A stretch of 46,790 nt of DNA from Chitinophagaceae bacterium (GTDB taxonomy: Bacteria; Bacteroidota; Bacteroidia; Chitinophagales; Chitinophagaceae), in the NCBI GenBank assembly GCA_025455665.1, contig JALOMC010000001.1, positions 1 through 46,790 of the forward strand. Reading direction: 5' to 3'. The number at the start of each line of letters is the position of its first letter. Positions within the stretch are counted from its first letter, which is position 1. The position numbers and the translations under genes are program-made. This document shows positions 9,611 to 20,164 of the stretch, piece by piece. The notes beneath the pieces are model-generated. The model did no database searches. It was not told the DNA's origin and saw only the letters and a program-made list of their open reading frames with translations.

Positions 9611-10714
9611 ATGTCTGAGGAACAATTCTGGATTTTACTATCAAAAAAAATGGCGGGCGAAGCCAGTGCCGATGAGCTGAAGGACCTATCGGCACTGATG
9701 CAACAGTACCCCGAGTGGCAATATGCTGCACAAACGCTGCAAGAAATGTGGCAGCACAAAACGCCTGAGGGCACTGATACCGATGGCGCCTTTGAGCGAC
9801 ACCTGCAACGCATGCAGGATGCTGCAGCACCGCCGGTTGGTCAGGCGGGTACCCACGAACCAACCGCCATAACGATACCCGGCCGCCGCCATACTGCGTG
9901 GTGGCGCTATGCAGCGGTAGCGGCTGCCATAGCGGCCCTGGTATGGGTGCTTTGGCCGGCCCGTAGCCCGCAGGGTGGTGCAGGCGGTACAATGCCAACC
10001 AACGAAATCACCACCCGCAAAGGCTCGAAAAGCAAGGTGCTGCTGCCCGATGGCACCACTGTATGGCTAAATGCCGGCAGCCGCCTTACCTACGCCGATA
10101 CTTATGGCAAAAAAGACCGTACAGTCACCCTTAGCGGCGAGGCCTACTTTGATGTGAAGCATAACCCGTCATTGCCTTTTGAGCTACACACCACCCACCT
10201 GCATATTACCGTACTAGGCACCGTATTCAACGTAAAAGCCTACCCCGATGAAAGCACCACCGAAACCAGCCTGCTGAAAGGAAGGATAGAAGTGGAAGTA
10301 AAGGACCGGCCCGGCGACAAAATCATTTTGACACCCAACCAAAAGCTGTTGGTGGAAAATAACGAAGCGGGCACTACTGCCAACGCCACTACCAAAAATG
10401 ATGCTGCCCCGGAGCCGCTGATAGTACTGAGCCGCCTGAAGACCAGCCCCCTTGTGGGTGTAATAGCAGAAACGGCCTGGCTAGACAACCAACTGGTATT
10501 CAACAACGAGCCATTTGAAGAGCTGGCCCTCAAAATGGAACGATGGTACAATGTGTCTATTTCCATTGAAGACAGCAGCCTGCTGGGGAAGCGCCTGACC
10601 GGCAATTTTGAAAACGAAAACATTGATGAGGCGCTGACGGCCCTTTCAATAGCCCAGGGCTTTACCTACCAACGCCAGGGAAACAACATTCGTATTTATC
10701 AAAAACAAAACTGA
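9611..10714 (+). CDS. FecR family anti-sigma factor
   Basis: Single TM helix, LPDGTTVWLNAGSRL, LSGEAYFDV, VLGTVFNV, C-terminal MERWYNV...LTGNF. Confidence 0.94.
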   Translation: MSEEQFWILLSKKMAGEASADELKDLSALMQQYPEWQYAAQTLQEMWQHKTPEGTDTDGAFERHLQRMQDAAAPPVGQAGTHEPTAITIPGRRHTAWWRYAAVAAAIAALVWVLWPARSPQGGAGGTMPTNEITTRKGSKSKVLLPDGTTVWLNAGSRLTYADTYGKKDRTVTLSGEAYFDVKHNPSLPFELHTTHLHITVLGTVFNVKAYPDESTTETSLLKGRIEVEVKDRPGDKIILTPNQKLLVENNEAGTTANATTKNDAAPEPLIVLSRLKTSPLVGVIAETAWLDNQLVFNNEPFEELALKMERWYNVSISIEDSSLLGKRLTGNFENENIDEALTALSIAQGFTYQRQGNNIRIYQKQN

Positions 10715-10756
10715 TCTATTGCTTGACCACGACTTGATTTTTAAACCCATTGCTAA

Positions 10757-13700
10757 ATGCATGCTATGAAAAAAATCCGCTTTTTAAATGCTGGTCGCCA
10801 CGTTGAAAAATTGCGACCATGGCTACGAATGAAGATGGCCCTGCTGGTACTGACAGCAGTGTGTGTGCATGTGAGTGCTTTTGCGTATGCACAAGATCGA
10901 ATAACGCTGAACCTGAAAGGGGCAGAACTACGAAAGGCCATCCAGGCAATTGAGAAGAATAGCGGCTACCGCTTCTTGTTTGAAGAAGCGCTGCTGGACG
11001 GCAAACCCAAAGTAGACCTGACGGTAGCCGATGCCGGCATCAGAGAAGTGCTACAACAGTTATTGAACAACACCGGCATCCGATTTGAAATCACTTCGAC
11101 CAACCTGGTGGTACTGCGTGCCGGCGAAACCATCAAAGGTGAAAACTGGATGCGGGAAGTAACGGTAAGTGGCAAGGTCACCTCTGACAGTGGCGAACCG
11201 CTGGAAGGCGTATCAGTAACGGTAAAAGGAACCGGCCTGGGTACCAGTACCGATGCCGCTGGCAAGTTTACCCTGACGGTGCCCGACGATGCTACGCTGG
11301 TATTTTCGTATGTAGGGTACGGCACAGTAGAAGAAGCAGTAGGTGGCCGTACCACTATTAACACAGCCCTGAAAGCAGCGCAAACCGCCATGAATGAAGT
11401 AGTGGTGGTAGGCTATGGCACCCAGCGCAAACGCGACCTGACCGGAACTATCAGCTCGGTAAAGGGCGAAGAACTGGCCCGCATGCCCAACACCAACCCT
11501 ATTACTTCGCTACAGGGCAAGGTGGCCGGCCTTACCGTTTCGCCCTCAGGCCGGGCAGGCTCATCGCCGGTGGTACGCATACGTGGCGTGAATAGCACCA
11601 ACAGTGCCAGCCCGGTATTTGTGGTAGATGGGGTACTGCACGACAACATCGAGTTCCTGAACCCTGCCGATATAGAAAGCATTGATGTGCTGCGAGATCC
11701 TTCTTCTATTGCCATTTATGGCCTGCGTGGTGCCAATGGCGTCATTGCCGTTACTACCAAAAGAGCAGAAAAAGGAACCACTCGTATCAACTTTCAAAGT
11801 ACGGTAGGCCTGCAGCGGGTGCAGCAAAAAATAGATGTAACCGATGCGGCCGGCTTTCGCAAACTGTACGATGCGCAGCTGGCCAACCTGAATGCGGCGC
11901 CCTTTGACTACCGCAACTATACTGCCAATACCAACTGGCAGGATCTGGTACTTCGTGATGCCATCATCAACACAAACAACCTGAGCGTATCAAACAGCAC
12001 CGAAAAAAGCACGACACTGCTGAACCTGGGCTACACTTTTCAGGATGGCGTGCTGCGCAATGATAATCACCAGCGCTACCTCCTGCGCCTCAATCAGGAA
12101 ATGCGCATTTCGAAAAACATCAAAATAGGTGGTGATATCAATGCCAGCCATTTCAGAGATAATCCACCAGCAGCCAGCATTACCAACGCATTGTGGGCAG
12201 CCCCCATTGTGCCGGTGCAGGAAGATGCCAACACCTACTACTCGATGCCCAGCTTTCAGCGGGCCCAGGTAGGCAACCCGATGGCCAACCTCAACCGCAA
12301 TGACCGCACTTCCATTAATCAGGGCTTTCGGGCCATTGGTACCCTGTTTGCGGAGGTTCGCTTTTTACGCGACTTTTTATGGCGCAGTGTGGTGTATACC
12401 GATCTGGAGTTCGAAAGCCGCCGGGCCTACACCGCTTTACCCTTTGCCGTCATCAACCTTGGCGAGGGGGCGGAGCCTACCACCCGTTTCGTGGATCCGT
12501 TTGCCCGAACAACTGTATCGCAGCGCAAGGCCGAATCGCGGCGCTTTCAGCAAGACCACACGCTGAACTACAACAAGAAGCTGGGCGATGGCCACAACCT
12601 GAATGTACTGTTGGGCTTTACCAGCATCTATAGCCGCAACTCGTTTTTAGAAGGCAGCCGTCGCGACACGTTTGTAGCCGTGCCAAACAACCCCGACTTC
12701 TGGTACATCAACATCATCAACCCCAACACACCCACCTTTAACGGGGGCGGCGGTAGCGAAAGCTCTATTGTGGGTTCTTTTGGCCGGGTGAGCTACAACT
12801 ACAAAGGCAAGTACCTGCTGAATGCCACCGTTCGCCGCGATGGCAGTTCCAAGTTTGCCCCTCAAAACCGATTTGGCACTTTTGGTAGCGTGGGCCTCGG
12901 CTGGGTAGCCAGCGACGAAGCTTTTTTCCAAAAGCAAAAAGCCATTCAGTTCCTGAAGTTTCGTGGCGCATGGGGTATCACCGGCAATGCAAACGGCTTC
13001 TCCGATTTTCTGTGGCGTCCGGGTTTGTCCAATGCATCCAGCGCCATTTTTGGCGACAATGTGTACACGGCACTGCAAGCCAGCTACATTCCCGATCCAA
13101 ATCTGAAATGGGAAAGCGTATACGGCCTGGACCTCGGGTTCGATTTGAAGACGTTTAACAATCGCTTGTCGCTGGGCTTTACCTACTACGATCGTACTAC
13201 CCGCGACATACTCACAGCCGTTACCATTCCCAACGAAACACCAACCTGGGCAACATCAGCAACAAAGGGGTGGAGATTAACCTGGGTTGGGAAGACCAGA
13301 TCGGCAAAGATTTCAGGTACAGCTTCTCGGCCAACTTTAGCTACAATGAAAACACGGTGAACTCCATTGGCGACAAGCTCGACTTTCAGATTTTGGGCAA
13401 CGGTGGCGTCAACCGCACCATATCAGGGGCGTCTATCGGTCACTTCTTTGGTTTCCGCCAAACGGGTATTTACCAAAGCACCGCCGATATTGCCCGCACA
13501 CCCGCCTTTATCAATAGCCTGCCGGGAGATATTTCGTATGCCGACCTGAATGGCGATGGCGTGATTACGGCAGCCGACCGTGAAACACTGGGTACTCCTT
13601 TTCCGCCTTACAACTTTGGTGGCATGCTCACCCTACAGTACAAAAACTTCGATTTTGTGATTGAAGGGCAGGGGATGGCCGGCTTCCAGATTTACACCCA

Positions 13701-14085
13701 ACGCCGCACCCAAAATTTTGCTGTACTGAACTACGAAAGCAATCGCCTGAACGCCTGGACCGGACCCGGTACCAGCAATATTGAACCCATCATGGATAAT
13801 ACCCGCGGCAACAACTTCCAATTCAGTACCTACTTCCTGGAGCCTGGTGATTTCTTCCGTCTCCGGACGCTGCAGATTGGGTACACCTTTGGTAGCAAAG
13901 CGCTGCGAGCAGTGGGTGCCAAACAAGCTCGTGTATTTGCCAGTGGGCAAAACATTGCCACGTTTACCCGCGTAACGGGCTACAGCCCCGAGCCGCAGAT
14001 AGGCAGCATACTTGGTGGCGGTGCCGATAACGGCGCCTATCCGGTTCCGTCAATCTACACTGCCGGTGTCAACATTACTTTCTGA
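10757..14085 (+). pseudogene. susC: SusC/RagA TonB-dependent transporter with N-terminal signalling (STN) domain; split by a frameshift near 13240 (real lesion or assembly error)
   Basis: EVVVVGYGTQ, DLTG, IYGLRGANGVIAVTTK, RRDGSSKF, PNLKWE in the 10757 frame; TNLGNISNKGVE...GDISYADLNGDG...FFRLRTLQIGYT...GVNITF continues in the 13270 frame. Confidence 0.9.
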
Positions 14086-14123
14086 AAAACTGAAACGCAT
14101 TTCAACCATCAATTTTTTTGGTT

Positions 14124-15677
14124 ATGAAAAACAATCCCGGTTCTTCCACAAAAAGCCTGCTGGCACTGACGCTACTGGCCATGGTGCTAAGCGTGGCTAC
14201 CAGCAGCTGCAAGCGCCTGCTGGATACCAATCCGCAAGGAGCTTACGATGAGTCTACCTACCCGTTTCCGGGTGGTACCAGCCCTTACGATGAGTATATT
14301 TTTGGCGCCTACCGCGATCTGCGGCTTTTTGATGTGCACGTGTGGGGCTATTTACACGCCATCAGCATCAGAAGTGATGATGCCGATAAAGGCAGCACAC
14401 CGGCCGATGGTGGTGCCAACTCGCAACAGATGGATAACTTTCCTGTGTTGCCCAACAATGGTCTGGTCAACGCCCTCTGGACCGGCCACTTTGGCCTGAT
14501 CAACCGGTGCAACAATGTGCTCTTTCAGGTAGCCAACAACAAAGGCATTATAGCTACCGAAGCCCAGCGTACACTGGCCATAGCAGAAGCCCGTTTTCTA
14601 CGGGGCTACGCGTATTTCAACATGGTTCGCTTTTTTGGAAACGTACCCATTTTCGACTCACTGTTTCAAGACCCTGCTGCGCAAAACAATGTGCCGCAAA
14701 GCACGCCCGACCAGCTGTACGCCTTCATCGAAAACGATCTGACTTTTGCAGCCGCCAATCTGCCGCCCGACTGGCCTCGGGAATTTATAGGCCGTGTAAC
14801 CAATGGCGCTGCACTGGGTATGCTGGCAAAGGTGTACCTGTACCAGCGCAAATGGACACAGGCACAAAGCACTGCCCTGCAGATAATGAACAGCGGACGC
14901 TATAACCTGAACACACCATACGGCGTCATTTTTACCGAAGCTGGTGAAAACAGCAGCGAATCAATATTTGAAATACAGGCAACCGCCACCGCCACCCAGC
15001 CCACCATCAACGGCATTCAATATGCCAATGTGCAAGCTGTACGAGGCGCCGGCATCTGGAACTATGGATGGGGCTTTAATACCCCCAGCGAGCAATTAGC
15101 TGCCGCCTACGAAACAGGTGACCCTCGCAGAGCCCGCACCATTTTGTTCACCAGCACATCTACCACCCCGGGTGTTACCTTCAATGGCGAGACCACGCCC
15201 GTAGGATTGCCCAACCCACGCTACAATCACAAGGTGCACCCCAGCACCAGCTTTGTAAATGTGATTAATAACCGCGGTGCCTGGTGGATGAACGTACGCA
15301 TACTACGATATGCCGATGTGGTGCTGATGTACGCCGAAGCCAGTAATGAAATAGGAGGCGACGCCAACATAACCGCGGCCCGCAATGCGGTAAACAGTGT
15401 GCGGGCACGGGCACGTGGCGGCAACAATGCTGTACTGCCCAACATCACATTTACCACCCAGGCCGACATGCGGCAGGCCATACGGCAGGAGCGCCGCGTA
15501 GAGCTGGCCATGGAGCACGAACGCTTTTTTGACATCGTGCGCTGGGGCATATCCGACGCCGTGATGCAAGCCGCCGGCAAACCCAACTACAGCGAAAGCC
15601 GCGATAAATGGCTGCCCATACCCCAGGTACAAATAGACCTGACCCGCGGTGTGCTACGGCAAAACCCCGGCTACTAA
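14124..15677 (+). CDS. susD: SusD/RagB family lipoprotein
   Basis: Lipobox (TSSC), EARFLRGYAYF, LAKVYL, ESIFEIQ, RYADVVLMYAEA, ERRVELAME..RFFDIVRW, QNPGY. Confidence 0.95.
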   Translation: MKNNPGSSTKSLLALTLLAMVLSVATSSCKRLLDTNPQGAYDESTYPFPGGTSPYDEYIFGAYRDLRLFDVHVWGYLHAISIRSDDADKGSTPADGGANSQQMDNFPVLPNNGLVNALWTGHFGLINRCNNVLFQVANNKGIIATEAQRTLAIAEARFLRGYAYFNMVRFFGNVPIFDSLFQDPAAQNNVPQSTPDQLYAFIENDLTFAAANLPPDWPREFIGRVTNGAALGMLAKVYLYQRKWTQAQSTALQIMNSGRYNLNTPYGVIFTEAGENSSESIFEIQATATATQPTINGIQYANVQAVRGAGIWNYGWGFNTPSEQLAAAYETGDPRRARTILFTSTSTTPGVTFNGETTPVGLPNPRYNHKVHPSTSFVNVINNRGAWWMNVRILRYADVVLMYAEASNEIGGDANITAARNAVNSVRARARGGNNAVLPNITFTTQADMRQAIRQERRVELAMEHERFFDIVRWGISDAVMQAAGKPNYSESRDKWLPIPQVQIDLTRGVLRQNPGY

Positions 15678-15718
15678 TTCCTGAAACAACGATCTGACTG
15701 ATTTTAAAAACTGATGAT

Positions 15719-16603
15719 ATGTCGACGAGTATTGTAAAAAAATGGCAGCTGCTGGCCTTCGGTAGTCTGGCACTTGGCCTGGCTGCCTGCAAAAAAGATG
15801 GCAATCCGAACCGACTGCCCAGCGTAAGCCCCGATGCCTATGTGGGCACAATAGATGGCTACCGGAGCAGTGATGACGTTTTTCCGCAGCACCTGATTGC
15901 TTACTGGGGTTTTGACAATAATACCAATGAGCAATTTTCGAATGCAGCGCCCACCACCAGCCTCAATGCCAGCCTGGCCGATGGCGGCGTGCGGGGCAAA
16001 TCGCTGCGCCTCGACAGTGGCTTTTTGTACTATGCCACGCAGCTCCCCAAGTTCAACTCCGATTCGCTGCGCAGTTTTACCATCAGCGCATGGGTAAAAA
16101 TTGCCAACAACGGATCGCGTAGAACCATGCTGATGCAGGTGGCACGGCCAAACATGTTCTGGGGCAATATCAATTTCAACCTGAACACCAACTCCAACCC
16201 GCCTTCGGTCACCAATATCTTTCGCTTTCAACCCACCTTCATGACGCAGTCAGGTGGCCTGCAAGACAACCTGAACACGGTACTATCGCCCACCATTGGC
16301 AGAGATAAGTGGACGCACCTGGTGCTTACGTACGATATCAGTACCGGTGTGTTTCAAAACTATGCCGACGGCGTGCGGGTCGGAAACTTTCCTAACCGTG
16401 GCACTACCAACACTTTCTTTTGTCATGTGCCCAACGAGCTGATTATTGGGGCCAACTACAATGTGATACCGGGCAGGGCTGTAAACACCGATGCTACCTT
16501 TGGCCGCATGAACGGCGAAGTAGACGAAATTCGGGTATGGAACCGCCCCTTGGGCGAAGCATTTGTTCGAGCCCTTTTCAATTTGGGACGTGCAAATAAA
16601 TAG
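15719..16603 (+). CDS. LamG/concanavalin A-like lipoprotein (PUL accessory)
   Basis: Lipobox LAAC-KKD; LIAYWGFD, SFTISAWVK, WTHLVLTYD, GEVDEIRVWNRPL. Confidence 0.85.
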   Translation: MSTSIVKKWQLLAFGSLALGLAACKKDGNPNRLPSVSPDAYVGTIDGYRSSDDVFPQHLIAYWGFDNNTNEQFSNAAPTTSLNASLADGGVRGKSLRLDSGFLYYATQLPKFNSDSLRSFTISAWVKIANNGSRRTMLMQVARPNMFWGNINFNLNTNSNPPSVTNIFRFQPTFMTQSGGLQDNLNTVLSPTIGRDKWTHLVLTYDISTGVFQNYADGVRVGNFPNRGTTNTFFCHVPNELIIGANYNVIPGRAVNTDATFGRMNGEVDEIRVWNRPLGEAFVRALFNLGRANK

Positions 16604-16629
16604 TGATCTCTGACCACCATGATAGCAGC

Positions 16630-16661
16630 TGGCGGACCGGGTAGTACTACCAGGTCCGCCA
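16630..16661. repeat. Near-perfect 32-bp palindrome/hairpin at the 3' end of the PUL
   Basis: TGGCGGACC-G-GGTAG-TA-CTACC-A-GGTCCGCCA; no U-tract. Confidence 0.6.
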
Positions 16662-16758
16662 TTGCATTTATAAGCCATAGCCCCGCGGCAGTGCCGTATC
16701 ATAGGCCGGGCAACATGTTTCACCCTTCAGCCGGTCACATGTTGTACTTTTATACTGT

Positions 16759-18783
16759 ATGCGTTCGTGGCTACTTGCTGGTATTTTGTGGGCTGCTTCT
16801 TTTTTGGGCTGGCCGGCATGGCTGCTGGCCCAAAATGGCTGCAATTCGCCTGGCCAGTCGCCGGTAACAGCCTTCCCGGTTTGCGGTTCCAGTGTATTTA
16901 CCCAAACTTCTGTGAACCTGTGTGGTGGCCGCAGGTTGCCCAATCCAAGGTGCACCAACATCGATCTGACCGACATCAACCCTTATTGGTACAAGTTTAC
17001 CTGCTTTCGTGCCGGCACGCTGGGCTTTACCATCACCCCCAATAGTGCCGCCAGCGATTATGACTGGCAGCTGCACGACATTACCGGCAAAACGCCCGAT
17101 GCAGTGTATACCGATGCCAGTACCGTGGTAGCTGCCAATTGGAGTGGTTTTTTCGGCATGACCGGCGCCAGTGCCGCCGGCACTAACCTGATTGAGTGTG
17201 AAGGCAGTGTGCCACAGTTCAGCCGGATGCCTACCCTTATTGAAGGGCACCAATACCTGCTGTTGGTAAGTCATTTTTCCAACAATCAATCCGGCTATCG
17301 GCTGGCATTTGGCAGCGGCACCGCAATCATAGTAGATACTGCCCGGCCCGAAATGGTAGAAGTGCAGGTAGGCTGCGGTGGCACGGAGTTTTACCTGAAG
17401 CTGAACAAACGGATGAAGTGCAACAGTGTGGCTACCAATGGCAGCGATTGGGAGTTTTTCAACGCCAATGTACCCATTGCCAGCGCCCGGGCGGTAGGCT
17501 GCGCCAATGGCGGATTTGATACCGATTCGATCATCATTACGACGGTGGCCCCGGTACCAGCCGGCACTTTTGCCCTGCGTAGCAAGCCTGGTACCGATGG
17601 AAACACGCTGCTGGACCTGTGCGACAATGCACTGGCTGCCGGGCAAACACTGGTAGTGAATGTATTGGCCAGCAGTGCCACCCTTATTGACAGCATAGGG
17701 CCCATAGGATGTGCCCCCGGCGCACTGGAGCTGGTGATGCGCAACAGCATCCTGTGCAGCAGCATTGCTACCAACGGAAGCGATTTTGTGCTCACCGGAC
17801 CTGATACCGTACGAATAACAGGCGCCGTGCAGCCAGCCTGTAGCAGTGGGCAGCTAAGGCATATAAAGCTGCAACTAAGCAGCCCCCTCAAACGCGGCGG
17901 CACCTACCAGCTTAGCATTGCTACCGGTACCGATGGCAATACCCTGCTGAACCAATGCCGCCTGCCCACGCCGGCTGGCCACAGCGCCAGCTTTACGGTC
18001 TCCGATACCGTTTCGGCCAATATCCAATTCAGCATCAGCAGCAGTTGCTTTGCCGACACCATCTTGTACAGCCACGATGGTGCCGCCGGCGTAACCAGCT
18101 GGCAGTGGAACGAAGAAGGCAGTAATGCTACCGGCAGCGGACAGCAGTTCAGGCGCATCTACACTACGCCCGATGAGAAGCGGGTGAGCCTGACCGTGAG
18201 CAATGGCGTGTGTAGCAGTACAGGGCAAATAGTGCTATCGCCGCAACTGCTGCGGGTGAAAGCCAACTTTGAACTGCCTGCGTTTGCCTGCCCTGCCGAT
18301 ACGGTGCGCTTTACAGACCGTAGCACCGGCCCGGTCACCAGCTGGCTATGGACTTTTGGTAATGGCAATACCAGCAACCTGAGCACCCCGCCTGCACAGC
18401 GCTTTAGTTCGCTGGCAGCGCTTAGCACGGTACCAATCACGCTGGTGGTGGGCCATACCAATGGCTGCCGCGATACCATTACCAAAACCATCAAAGTGCC
18501 CAACAACTGCTTTATAGCAGTGCCTGGTGCCTTTACGCCCAATGGCGATGGCCTGAACGACTACTTGTATCCATTGAATGCCTGGAAAGCCACCAACCTG
18601 CACTTTGTAGTGTACAATAGAATGGGGCAACTGGTGTGGGAAACCCGCGACTGGAACCGGCAATGGGATGGGCGACTTGGTGGCGTGCCGCAAGCCACAG
18701 GTACATACGTATGGATGCTGCAGTATACCGATGAAAATGGCCAGCGACAGCAAAAAAAAGGAACGACCGTACTGCTGCGATGA
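16759..18783 (+). CDS. T9SS type-B (gliding motility-associated CTD) protein with tandem Cys-rich repeats and PKD domains
   Basis: Signal peptide; PKD-like SWLWTFGNG; CTD VPGAFTPNGDGLND...VYNRMGQLV...WDG...GTYVW...KGTTVLLR. Confidence 0.92.
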   Translation: MRSWLLAGILWAASFLGWPAWLLAQNGCNSPGQSPVTAFPVCGSSVFTQTSVNLCGGRRLPNPRCTNIDLTDINPYWYKFTCFRAGTLGFTITPNSAASDYDWQLHDITGKTPDAVYTDASTVVAANWSGFFGMTGASAAGTNLIECEGSVPQFSRMPTLIEGHQYLLLVSHFSNNQSGYRLAFGSGTAIIVDTARPEMVEVQVGCGGTEFYLKLNKRMKCNSVATNGSDWEFFNANVPIASARAVGCANGGFDTDSIIITTVAPVPAGTFALRSKPGTDGNTLLDLCDNALAAGQTLVVNVLASSATLIDSIGPIGCAPGALELVMRNSILCSSIATNGSDFVLTGPDTVRITGAVQPACSSGQLRHIKLQLSSPLKRGGTYQLSIATGTDGNTLLNQCRLPTPAGHSASFTVSDTVSANIQFSISSSCFADTILYSHDGAAGVTSWQWNEEGSNATGSGQQFRRIYTTPDEKRVSLTVSNGVCSSTGQIVLSPQLLRVKANFELPAFACPADTVRFTDRSTGPVTSWLWTFGNGNTSNLSTPPAQRFSSLAALSTVPITLVVGHTNGCRDTITKTIKVPNNCFIAVPGAFTPNGDGLNDYLYPLNAWKATNLHFVVYNRMGQLVWETRDWNRQWDGRLGGVPQATGTYVWMLQYTDENGQRQQKKGTTVLLR

Positions 18784-18820
18784 CAGCGCCAGCCGAACGC
18801 ACGATGCCGGCAAAAGCGCT

Positions 18821-19819
18821 TTACTGCGGCGTCATCTTCATTACCTCGGTCATAAAAAGCCGAATCTGCGACTGCAAACCTGCTACGTCTTTGCTCTTAA
18901 TGGGCGACCCTTGCACATGGTCGCCGGTGGTAGCCATTTCAGTCAGCTGCTTTAGCCCGGTGGGGGTGCCCAACTGCGCATGCATGTCACGCATGGCACT
19001 CACTTTTACCACCGGATCCTGCTCTTGTTCATTTTTATAGTACGCCAGTGTAAGCACTGGTTGCTTTACGGCCGCAAATGTGGCCGGCACCATGGCTGTT
19101 TCCAAATATTCTTGCAGGGCTACCAGGCTTTCTATCCGGTACTCATAGTTCCAGTACTGTTTGTAAATGGGTCGCTCATCTGCCGCCCGCCTGTAGTCGC
19201 TGCCCAATACCATGCGGGCTATCTGTTTGCCCCAGTGGTTATTCAGCAGCCATGCATTTCCATCGTTGATGCGGATATTGGGCGAAATCAGCACCAGACC
19301 TGCTACATCGGGGTAATTAGCTGCCAGCTGCAGGGCTACTGATCCGCCGGTACTGGTACCCATTAGTATCACTTTTTTACCCAGGCGCCGCCCGATAGCG
19401 TAGGCTCTTTTGGCACTTTCCCAAAGCCCCTCGGGACTGTAGTGGATGAGTTGGTCGGTGGTATCAATACCATGCTGATCGAGCCGGGCAAGGTAAAGGT
19501 TGGCACCAAAAAAGCGGGCAATATCGCGGTGGGTGGGGTTGCCTTCTTCCTGGCTGGCACTAAAGCCGTGCAGGTACACTATAGCATATTCAGTAGGCTG
19601 CCGTACGGAATCATTGTACCAAACAATACGGGCTTCATTATCTGGCTTCAGCTGGTGGATGGCTTCCATCGCTGCTATGGCGGCCTGCAGGCTATCGGCA
19701 TTGGCAGGCACTGCCGGTACAAGGGTACTGTACACCGGCTTAGGTGGTGCTGGCCCCAGCCAATACAAAATGGGCAATAGCAGTACTACAAACAGCAGGA
19801 TGCGAAATAGCTTTTTCAT
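18821..19819 (-). CDS. Alpha/beta hydrolase (esterase/lipase-like), N-terminally anchored
   Basis: YLHGFSAS oxyanion region, GTSTG nucleophile elbow, QDPVV Asp, GDHVQG His; start ATG 19819. Confidence 0.9.
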   Translation of the reverse strand: MKKLFRILLFVVLLLPILYWLGPAPPKPVYSTLVPAVPANADSLQAAIAAMEAIHQLKPDNEARIVWYNDSVRQPTEYAIVYLHGFSASQEEGNPTHRDIARFFGANLYLARLDQHGIDTTDQLIHYSPEGLWESAKRAYAIGRRLGKKVILMGTSTGGSVALQLAANYPDVAGLVLISPNIRINDGNAWLLNNHWGKQIARMVLGSDYRRAADERPIYKQYWNYEYRIESLVALQEYLETAMVPATFAAVKQPVLTLAYYKNEQEQDPVVKVSAMRDMHAQLGTPTGLKQLTEMATTGDHVQGSPIKSKDVAGLQSQIRLFMTEVMKMTPQ

Positions 19820-19891
19820 ATAGCAGGGCCTGCGCCTGGTGGCAAAACGGCGCAAAGCAGTACTAAGCTAAGGCTGACAGCACCCCGGTGC

Positions 19892-19933
19892 AAAAAAGAA
19901 AAAAACTGCCCCGGGTAGAGAGGCAGTTTTTTT
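19892..19933. terminator. Intrinsic terminator, potentially bidirectional
   Basis: AAAAAAACTGCC...GGCAGTTTTTTT stem with A/T tracts on both sides. Confidence 0.8.
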
Positions 19934-20051
19934 GCCCGAAAGAAGCAAGCACAGGGTGTTGTACCAGCCGCTTTTTTTGATGGGCGTGAGGGGGTGTTTA
20001 AGAGGTTTTTGGGTTTTTCTTTAGGAGATGGTTCGGTTGGAGTGTGTTTCT
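19895..20051 (-). ncRNA. Putative sRNA-1 (ACCC-loop family)
   Basis: TTG-N19-TAGCTTTA promoter (20086-20057), A/C-rich G-poor body, hairpins with ACACCC and UCUACCC loops, intrinsic terminator 19892-19933. Ends are approximate. Confidence 0.6.
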
Positions 20052-20092
20052 GAGTGTAAAGCTATGCGCCTGAGTGAGGCATGCAATAGCCG

Positions 20093-20144
20093 ATATACGA
20101 ATGCGGGCTATGAGTATATGAATAGCTATTTTGCGTCGACAAAA
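20093..20144 (-). promoter_or_regulatory. Three 21-bp-spaced imperfect direct repeats (putative LytTR boxes)
   Basis: Plus strand ATATACGAAT (20093), GTATATGAAT (20114), GTCGACAAAA (20135), between sRNA-1 and the LytTR gene. Confidence 0.5.
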
Positions 20145-20164
20145 GACAGCGCAACAAACAGTAC

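Noticed and set aside
13230-13260. Programmed ribosomal frameshift or phase variation in susC
   Set aside because: No slippery heptamer, homopolymer or tandem-repeat tract at the junction.
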